From Corallochytrium limacisporum Hawaii (taxonomy: Eukaryota > Protista > Pluriformea): DNA of 40,207 nt. Shown in pieces: positions 32,241-40,207 of this stretch. Position 1 is the stretch's first letter. The number at the start of each line of letters is the position of its first letter. The DNA lies in the NCBI GenBank assembly GCA_002811645.1, contig PDIP01000190.1:1-40207 (forward strand), in the 5' to 3' direction. Below the pieces are notes generated by a model that saw only the letters and a program-made list of their open reading frames with translations, ran no database searches and was not told the DNA's origin. The translations under genes and the position numbers were made by a program.

Positions 32241-33335
32241 TTACAATCCACTGGGGGACAGCTGCTCCAGGTCAGGCACCTTACCGTCGTCCGTATTACG
32301 AACCATTGCACGCATGGCCCTGAAAATGTGTTGCCTAAAAGTCATGGGCTCGTACTTGAGTTCTTCTCCGGGGTTCAATAACTTTTCTATGGGCTTGCCA
32401 ATGACATTGAAGTTTGGGTTGAAGAACATCGGGAAACTGACACGTTCCTTTCCGTCAGGGTTTTGCACGCGGTGGACAGTAGAACGATATCTTCCGTTGG
32501 TGATACGTTCGACGAAGTCACCCTGGTTGATAACGATCATGTCTTTGGTCACATTCTTGGGCATGAACCAAGTACCGTCTGCACGCCGGATCTCTAGTCC
32601 TGGCTTACCATCAAAGGCGAGGAAAGTAAGCCATCCGGCGTCTGTATGTTGTCCCAAGCCGAAGGTGCCCCTCTCGGAATTGGAGTGTAAGTTCTCTGGA
32701 TAAAAGTTCAGGCGCACAAGCTCATTGCCGAAGCCAATACCGTTCCAGAACAGTTCTCGGTTGAAGTACTCTTCGTCTAAACCAAGTGACAGGGCCATAA
32801 GCCGATTTACCTTCAAGCCAGCGCCGCGGACACTGTCCATGTAATTTAGGAGAGTTGGCTTGAAGGCGGGGACCTCTTTGACCCAAAGCTCCTGAAGATC
32901 ATCGGCCCAAAGGGGAGGCACAAAGCCTTCCCTGACATCTTTATACTGTCCTTCACCGACCGCTTCGTAGAAAAGCCTACCCCATCCACGGGGCCACTGC
33001 TTGTCGGCGTATTGCTCCTTGACATCGGTTGGGAGGTGGAAGAACTTACGAGCGATCGTCTCCACCTGTTCCTTGAGAACGAGGTCAATGCCGTGGTTCT
33101 TTAGGCACATGAAACCGATGTCCCGCATGACCATGTGCAATTCTTGAGCTGCTCGGATCTTGTTTGCCTCTGAAGCGAAGGCCCATTCGAGATCCAGGCA
33201 TGGGATTGCGTCGATCTGTGCACCACTCAGATTTTCGAAGGCGCTGGTTTTCCCCATCGTGTCTAAGGCGTTAATACCCTGTAGAGAGAGCCGGGTGGTG
33301 GGGTCATTGCTCACAAACCTGTCCTCAACATTCAT
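32241..33335 (-). CDS. 2-oxoglutarate/Fe(II)-dependent dioxygenase, isopenicillin N synthase-like (DIOX_N + 2OG-FeII_Oxy)
   Basis: IPCLDL...GFMCLKNHGI N-domain; RLNFYP; H-x-D (QHTDAGWLT); distal His (STVHRV); R-x-S (ERVSFPMF). Confidence 0.92.
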   Translation of the reverse strand: MNVEDRFVSNDPTTRLSLQGINALDTMGKTSAFENLSGAQIDAIPCLDLEWAFASEANKIRAAQELHMVMRDIGFMCLKNHGIDLVLKEQVETIARKFFHLPTDVKEQYADKQWPRGWGRLFYEAVGEGQYKDVREGFVPPLWADDLQELWVKEVPAFKPTLLNYMDSVRGAGLKVNRLMALSLGLDEEYFNRELFWNGIGFGNELVRLNFYPENLHSNSERGTFGLGQHTDAGWLTFLAFDGKPGLEIRRADGTWFMPKNVTKDMIVINQGDFVERITNGRYRSTVHRVQNPDGKERVSFPMFFNPNFNVIGKPIEKLLNPGEELKYEPMTFRQHIFRAMRAMVRNTDDGKVPDLEQLSPSGL

Positions 33336-34797
33336 GTTTGAGTTTCTAATGTGGTGTGGTTTTGTAACAAAATGTTGTGATCCTGCTGGACTGGCTATTT
33401 GTGGAAAACTATGACTTCACCAGCGATTATGTCCTTAAATAAATATGTAGTTCACAATTCATGGATACCAACATGTCCATGGGTCATGTATGCATTGCTT
33501 GTGACCCTATTTACACTCTTTGTAGAACGAAGTAGCTCGTTGGGCGCAAGTCAATCAATGATAAATGACGTGAACAACGAAAATCCCGCCCCCAAGTCTC
33601 GTATTGTCATATCTGAGACCCTCGTCCTGACTCCCGAAAGAAGGACCCCTGCACTGCTGAACAAAGGTCTGCAATGAGCCCCGTTGACTAGTTCCAGGTA
33701 CATAGGGGCAATAGGGGGAAAGTGGGCGTGGTTTTCCAATCCATGTACACCGCACAAAATGGTTGATGCACAGAGTCTACACGCACACAGCGACCGCGAC
33801 CCACTGTGTCGGTCGCGTTCGCTTTCCCTCAACCCTGCCAACCCCCCCCCCGGGAGGGGAGGGTGTTTCCCTAAGAAAGGACCAAGGATTTTTTTAAGGC
33901 CGGGAACTATAGACAGCCCATTATTAATACGTTTCTGCCCCAATCCCAGTCACCAGTATATACTGAAACTACCGGTGAGGAACAAAAAGTGCGGCAAGGA
34001 CGTAGAATATGACATCAGAGACGACACCCGCAAGAAGAAACCGAGTGGAAACAGGGGACCGAGAAAAAATCCGCGAAGAGATTGCACGGACACACCACTG
34101 GCAGTTTGCACATTGCGCAATCGCGTTCCCGCTTTCTGCATGCAAAATACGATTTGGGAGCGGACAGCATCAGACTAGGCATGAAATGATTGGAGGTCTA
34201 CAAACAAAATATTGGATGTGACTCAGAGATGGAAATTCTCATTCTTGCATCTGTTCGTCGGAGGTCATCGTGTACCTGCGTTCAACAATCACCTTTACGA
34301 GCGAAAGTGTTGCTATCAGGACGACAAATGTCGACATAACGCAGAGTAACCTGAACGCACGTCCTCAGCTCTGCCCATGATGGCCCAAAGAAAGGAAGGT
34401 GTGCTTTGTTTCCTATTGCCATACAGTAACCACTGCTTCCACCAGCCTGGGTTCATTCTGTACCAAACTCATGCATCCTGATTTTCACACTAATGATAGT
34501 GAGTATCAACCGTACCCTAAATCAGGTTAATGTCGTTGTACAAAACGGGTTTGTCGCAAGAAGTCTCAACCTGACATGCTCATCATTATCCAAAGTTCAG
34601 CGGCTGCTCAGCTCCCGTTAGTTGCCTTTGTAGCAATGCTTATAGAGTATATTAGCAGTCCATGTGAGTGAAGGACACCTCAAACTCTGCTGTTGGCACA
34701 GAAACTTCGTGCACCCGCACATGTGAATTCACGGAATATGTTTGTTTGTGGGAATGGGCAGCGGAAAGGTTGCCTTTTCACGCACAATGATAGTGAT

Positions 34798-35910
34798 TCA
34801 GCGGCTGTCAAGCCGTTGATGGGGCACATCTTCGGATGCAATCTCAGAATCTTTAAGCTTATTCTTATACTCCTCGAGCCATTCAAGCGGTACCTTCGGT
34901 GAACCCAAATTTCTTTGGATCCATCCGTGCTTTTCCTTAAACTCTGTGCGATAGAAACAAAAGTTTACCAGAGAAGACCCACGAAACAGCGTGTAGTGGG
35001 GATCCGACCAGAATGGAGCAAACCCTACCTCCTTCAGCATGCCCACGACTTGATGAATCATCTTTGAATGTATACGGCCTTGGAATTCGTCTTTCATGTC
35101 ATAATTATGAAACTCAAAACATAAATGATTCACACAATCCAGCAGATGGTGCAAAATGAATTGCTCCAGTAAAAGATGCTCATGGCCCTCAATATCTACC
35201 TTCAACATATCGAGACACTTTACCTTCAGAAAGCGCATAAAGGTTTTTAAAGTATAGGCCGGAAATGACTCGGCGCTTCCTTTGTTCAGATATCTCACTG
35301 AATTAAATTCGCTCGAGTACTGTACATCACCTTCCTTCTCTGGAATGAATAGCTCGATGGGCTCGTCTGTCAAACTCAGGCCAAAGTCGTAGAATAGCAT
35401 TTTCTCGTGGTTCCAGGTTGGTTTCTGACGGGCCAAGCTGATAAACGCAAGAGACATGGGTGTTGGATCGAACATGTATACAACCTGCTTATGTTCAAAA
35501 GCCATGGCCCGGTCAAAGGAAGTGTCTGTGCCGATACCGAAGGACATGCTCTTGTAGTGCTCCCAGGGAACGTTAGGACAATACATCCAATTGCCTACTG
35601 GGACCCTGTTCTTGCAATCTACCCGCCACCAGTCCAATGGTTCTTTGTCATAAGTGTAGTTGAGATATATCTTGATATTGTGCAGTGCTTCTTCCTCCGG
35701 CGTTGTCCCGGTTCCCTCAACATAATTGCTCCATTGATCAACGTGTTTTGTTACTTTTTCTATGTGTTCTGAAAATGTCTCAGGGTGGAGGCTCCTTTCT
35801 CGTACGAAGTGTACCATCGTTAACACCGAGAGTAAGGCGCATAACCCAAGGATAACCCACCGTCCTAGGTGACGGTGGTTCAGTGCCCAGGAAAAGTATT
35901 TACTGGTCAT
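34798..35910 (-). CDS. Type II membrane SAM-dependent methyltransferase, FkbM/METTL24-like (Methyltransf_21/22)
   Basis: N-terminal TM (WVILGLCALLSVLTMVHFV); SFGIGTDTSFD, VYMFDPT, LDMLKVDIEGHE, LCFEFH motifs. Confidence 0.85.
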   Translation of the reverse strand: MTSKYFSWALNHRHLGRWVILGLCALLSVLTMVHFVRERSLHPETFSEHIEKVTKHVDQWSNYVEGTGTTPEEEALHNIKIYLNYTYDKEPLDWWRVDCKNRVPVGNWMYCPNVPWEHYKSMSFGIGTDTSFDRAMAFEHKQVVYMFDPTPMSLAFISLARQKPTWNHEKMLFYDFGLSLTDEPIELFIPEKEGDVQYSSEFNSVRYLNKGSAESFPAYTLKTFMRFLKVKCLDMLKVDIEGHEHLLLEQFILHHLLDCVNHLCFEFHNYDMKDEFQGRIHSKMIHQVVGMLKEVGFAPFWSDPHYTLFRGSSLVNFCFYRTEFKEKHGWIQRNLGSPKVPLEWLEEYKNKLKDSEIASEDVPHQRLDSR

Positions 35911-36857
35911 TATGTTATAGCCCCCGAATACAATCTATGCCTTCAGATTACTGTTCTTATAACAACAGGCCTTTTTTACGTTCACATGATAACTGTTTCT
36001 GTGAATCTAAATGTTCACGCGACTACTTCGCTCCTTGCAATTGCGACTTCTCCTAGAGCCGCTCAGTGGGCGGCCAGTTTTCGACAGCGTCCATCGTATG
36101 TGGGGGTATATTTCCTACGGACCGAGCTTGCTCACTGGCTGTTTTACGGGGTGTCACATAATGGTCCTTGCTGGGTCTCGAGACTTCCCCGCCACAGCTC
36201 AGAATATAATCTGCATAGTCGGGCCTCGTGTGCCGAACACCCCCCCGCCCATTCCTCCCTTGCAAACACTGACACATGGCGGAAAGCGTGTTGGAGGCGT
36301 CTGTGCCTAGGCGCTATAATCTACCCGCGTATAAATTCAGTGGTTTCGATTTTCCAAAACAAAATTAGGAATCGCTCATCAAAACAGTCAGTCTGCCATT
36401 TTGCCCTGAACGTAGGTTTCGATCCTGGTTTGTCAGTGCCAAAATTTCATTATTGCAGTGCGCGCCCTAACGTCGAATGCAGTAGATATGGAACGGTACA
36501 TCGCACTTTTAACTATGCAGCGCGCCGCTTTTACGGAAGTTTGTCCGTTTGGGGGGGCCTTGCCACAGTGAGGGCCTGGCTATCAATCAGGCTTCGTCAC
36601 GAAATCAAGATTATCGGTCCGCTCGCGGGAGAAGTTTCGTCTTCGAATAGTGCCCTAATCGCCCCTTCTCCTGTCCAACCGCTGCATTACTCAACGCACC
36701 ATCTATGTCAGTATCAGGCGTACAGTTACCAAGCGACTCAGAGACAGCAATTGAAAGACACTATAGACTGGAATGAAGAAATAATACAATGTGTATGCTA
36801 ATGGAACTCTTTACGACAGTGATGATGATAAAGATGATGATTGTGAGCACAGGTACG

Positions 36858-39023
36858 TTACACAACCAAGTGGCGAACAGTCATGCTCTGTTGAGCAGCT
36901 TTTTGATATGCCCGAGACACCCAGATGTAGAAATGATCTACGGGACCGTATGGGATATGTGTATCAGTCCAGATGCGGTGCTTCGCAATGCTCATGGTCT
37001 GATCTACAATTTGAGCATCGCTTGTATCGTCCCATTGTACGGCATCAGTTATGACCGGTACCTTTGAGAAGAAAGATGCGGTGTTCTGAACCTCTCCGTC
37101 AACGGGGTCCAGCAAATCCCACAGTCCAGCAGGCATCGAATCCAGCAACAAGTGGACCTGCCTCTCAAGCCCCACGTCCCCCATAAGTTTGGGCATGTGG
37201 AATGACTTGCGGCGTAGGACCACTTGCCCAATGCGTATTCCTTGGGTCCGTAGGGTCGCCAATCGCTCTGTGAACAGCTCGGCATAGCTGCCATGGGGTC
37301 TACCCCAGATGACGATCTGATTGAAGCCAAGCCAGCGCAACAGATCCATGACAAATATTCTCATATCTTTGCTATTGTACGCCTGAAAATGAGAGTTAAC
37401 GTGCTTGAGAGAACTTTCCTCATTGCACATCCACATTATGCCTTTCCGACGCTTCACGTACGTCCACACTGGATTAACCTTGTCATCGTCGGCATAGCAC
37501 GGCAGGAACGAGAACAGGCTTCGCCGTGTCGCTGTACGAGCGAGCCTTTCAATTTTCTCACGAGACAAGGATGGACTCATGACGTAGAACGTGGCTTTGA
37601 GGCCAGCTCCACTACTAACCCTTGAATAGAAGTCGTCTACGGCGACCCAATTGACACTTGACAGGATGTGTAAAGGGTACATGTCCAGGTCTTGGTATCC
37701 CAATACCGCTGATCCCTTCTTCTTCCGGTAGCTGTCCTTCATGTTTGTCCACCAGTCGGTCTGCTCCTCCCAATTTACAGGCTCCAGAGCATTTTCTAAC
37801 CGGTTGAGGTACACCTTCACGGGTGTGCGGTCGGCAACGGGCACGTTGTATGGACTAATGTCATGCGGGCTTACGCTGACGCAGGCTTGCAGCTGTTGAA
37901 TCACGGTCTTCATAAAAGAGTCAGGCCATGCATAGAAGGTCTCCTCTGGCCTGATGAGTCCCACCCTAAGGAAAGACAAGGATCGGAACCATTCAATATT
38001 TGGGATTACTTCCTTCGGCGGAGTGATCCTTGCCAAATCATCCCAGTTCATAAACTTCTGGGCCTGCACCACTCTTGTGTCCTCCTCCTTTGTTTCCTGT
38101 TTCAGTATCTTGCTGCTCTGCCGCAAGGCACTCATGTGGATGGGACTAGATTGGAAAATCGTGAGCAGCTCATCGCTTTCGAGGATATCGAACTCGTCCA
38201 GTCTGGCATATACCAAGTGACGCTTTTTGAAGGTCCAAAAGATGGCCTCTAGTTTGTGCATCCACAGTGATGCCGTAATGTCTTCCGATACATACTCGTC
38301 AGGATCCTCTAATTCAGTCACCTCTTTCGCAAGTTCATAGGAGAACCCATACAGGCCGCCCTGCATCCAAGCAGGCCACATCTCACCCGGATAGTGCCAT
38401 TCAAAGTACTTGTCAGTCCGGACGTGTTTTGTTTTGTCTAGGTTGGGGTTCGCAACTGGCGCTGGGTCGTGCTGCCAGCCGAAGTAGATTCTGGGAATCA
38501 TGCACATGGTGTTGCGCATGAGCTCCTTTAAGCGGTCCAGAAAGACAATCGTGTCATCATCCGTTTTCACGAAAAACTCAAATTCAAAGTTCTCTTCAAC
38601 AAAGTAGTCCACACAGTACTTTGTCTTCTTCGCCAAATGGCTATAGTTCTCCTCCACTCCATCCACGATGAGAATGTCCTGGAAATACGCTGCTTCCGCT
38701 TGTAGGGTTTCGACCTCTTCCTCGGTCATTAACCCATCCAAGCCCACTACAAACGCATATACCACTTGCTCGTAGTCTTGATCCTCTGAACTTAGCCAGA
38801 ACTGCCGCCAGACATTTCGTTTGAAGTGATTCGACCACGTTGAGTGGACACACACAGCAGCCAGATATTCAGCGCCTCTACAGTATGATTTGTGCGTTTC
38901 TAAGCCGCCCGACAACTGTTTCAACGCCAAGACGATGCATAAAAGAACGAAAAATTGACGGGCAAGCTTGATCCATTTTCGAGTGGGACGAACAACCTTC
39001 AGTTTTAAGCGTACCTGCTGCAT
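36858..39023 (-). CDS. GT31 (beta-1,3-galactosyltransferase-like) type II membrane glycosyltransferase with an additional C-terminal domain (721 aa)
   Basis: N-terminal TM; KRNVWRQFW, FVVG, EAAYFQDI, ENYSHLAKKT, FFVKTDDD (DxD), WPAWMQGGLY, SEDI motifs of the Galactosyl_T family. Confidence 0.88.
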   Translation of the reverse strand: MQQVRLKLKVVRPTRKWIKLARQFFVLLCIVLALKQLSGGLETHKSYCRGAEYLAAVCVHSTWSNHFKRNVWRQFWLSSEDQDYEQVVYAFVVGLDGLMTEEEVETLQAEAAYFQDILIVDGVEENYSHLAKKTKYCVDYFVEENFEFEFFVKTDDDTIVFLDRLKELMRNTMCMIPRIYFGWQHDPAPVANPNLDKTKHVRTDKYFEWHYPGEMWPAWMQGGLYGFSYELAKEVTELEDPDEYVSEDITASLWMHKLEAIFWTFKKRHLVYARLDEFDILESDELLTIFQSSPIHMSALRQSSKILKQETKEEDTRVVQAQKFMNWDDLARITPPKEVIPNIEWFRSLSFLRVGLIRPEETFYAWPDSFMKTVIQQLQACVSVSPHDISPYNVPVADRTPVKVYLNRLENALEPVNWEEQTDWWTNMKDSYRKKKGSAVLGYQDLDMYPLHILSSVNWVAVDDFYSRVSSGAGLKATFYVMSPSLSREKIERLARTATRRSLFSFLPCYADDDKVNPVWTYVKRRKGIMWMCNEESSLKHVNSHFQAYNSKDMRIFVMDLLRWLGFNQIVIWGRPHGSYAELFTERLATLRTQGIRIGQVVLRRKSFHMPKLMGDVGLERQVHLLLDSMPAGLWDLLDPVDGEVQNTASFFSKVPVITDAVQWDDTSDAQIVDQTMSIAKHRIWTDTHIPYGPVDHFYIWVSRAYQKAAQQSMTVRHLVV

Positions 39024-39533
39024 GATCTCATTTTTGGTGGTCTGTTCGATTAAACAAGTAGTTCAACCACAATCCTTGCTTTATGTACTCGATCGACACA
39101 GTATGCGGTAAGCGCAGTGATAGATGTTTGCCACTTGTTCAGGGTACTAAACTCCCAAGCTACCAAATACCTGGTGCTGTTGAAGCTAAACAAATGGAGA
39201 AACCACTCTTGCTTTCGCCCGTTACGAAAACCTTAGTTTCAGATACACAACGTCTCCGGGCAAGTGGGCACGGCAACGCCCCTGTCGTGTCCGCAAGCAG
39301 CACCAGTCCCCCTGATTGCTGTTTGCAGACATGCGTCGAATGAGTTAGTATTTATCAAAATAGACTGGGTAACTGCATACATCTACTAGCAATCTGTTCA
39401 TGTGGTCCCCCCCCGGGGGTGGGGGGGGGGGACAATGGCGGAGGAGGGGGTGCGGTTCAGGAGGCCCCTATCAACACAGTACCTGTGCATAGTTTCCGTC
39501 GTCTTGTTCCGGTAAAGTGAAACCTAGAGCATC

Positions 39534-39552
39534 CTCTCTCTCTCTCTTCCCC

Positions 39553-39608
<56 letters not shown>

Positions 39609-39668
39609 NNNNNNNNNNNNNNNNNNNNNNNNNNNNNNNNNNNNNNNNNNNNNNNNNNNNNNNCTCTC

Positions 39669-39706
<38 letters not shown>
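39534..39706. repeat. (CT)n microsatellite spanning an assembly gap
   Basis: CT dinucleotide runs on both sides of the N-run 39609-39663. Confidence 0.95.
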
Positions 39707-39710
<4 letters not shown>

Positions 39711-40207
39711 CGGCCCCTACGGTTCCCAAGCGCTTTGCTCTAATCTCGTTTTTCTTTTTCCATTCTTCTCCTCCCTGCCCAAGAGCCCACGACACCTGTT
39801 CTACAATTTTCCTTTTATGAATACCTGTGTGGCTCCGCCTGCTTTGCACCGGAGGCTAGGCCCGCCGATGCACACTCACCAACACCCCACGACCGCCAAC
39901 ATGCCTATCCTGAAACCCTTGGCCTAAATCACCCGAAGATTGACGACTGAAACACATACTGTGATCACGGGTGTCTGGGAAAGGTCAATTCTCCGAAAAC
40001 ACCGATCGGGTGGCTTGACTTGGCTCGGTCGCGCAGGTCAAAGTTTTTTTTTGCAACCGAGGCATTGACCGCTAATCAAACAGCAATTAGTCTCGTCGCG
40101 AAAGAAAAGGACGTGTTGATTCTACCAACTACATAGCCAAAGCTTCCAAAGGCACCAGCAGCAAAGGAGCGGTGGATGTCAAGAGGCCCCAGCCGCCCCG
40201 GGGGGGG

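Noticed and set aside
35869-36801. 310-aa + strand ORF
   Set aside because: GTG start, overlaps the methyltransferase start, no recognisable domain, composition looks non-coding; not formally excluded

Overview
Eukaryotic microbial (probably protist-type; taxon not determinable) draft-genome window with compact, apparently intronless genes and six N-gaps. Bases ~1-31.7 kb are a tandem array of two uncharacterised families of small (200-227 aa), acidic, signal-peptide-bearing proteins with no TM or GPI tail: seven intact family-A genes on + (A1-A7) and five intact family-B genes on - (B1-B5). There is also one deleted pseudogene of each family and a 64-aa secreted peptide gene. By-eye alignment shows A and B are distant, collinear homologues (G-x-Q, C-x12/14-C, G-x-h-T-x-G, TF-x-h, R-x3-Y-x2-G, C-x7-C end). 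They are arranged as head-to-head B<-->A pairs with fixed subtype partners, share a GTATTTA box 96-103 bp upstream of the ATG plus further conserved spacer motifs, sit in a ~14 kb higher-order repeat, and show mature domains more diverged than their non-coding flanks. The best candidate 'new system' is a co-regulated, diversifying, probably heterodimeric two-subunit secreted protein family. The right end (32-39 kb) holds a 2OG-Fe(II) oxygenase, a FkbM/METTL24-like type II membrane methyltransferase, and a GT31 glycosyltransferase with an extra C-terminal domain. All counts and alignments were done by eye.
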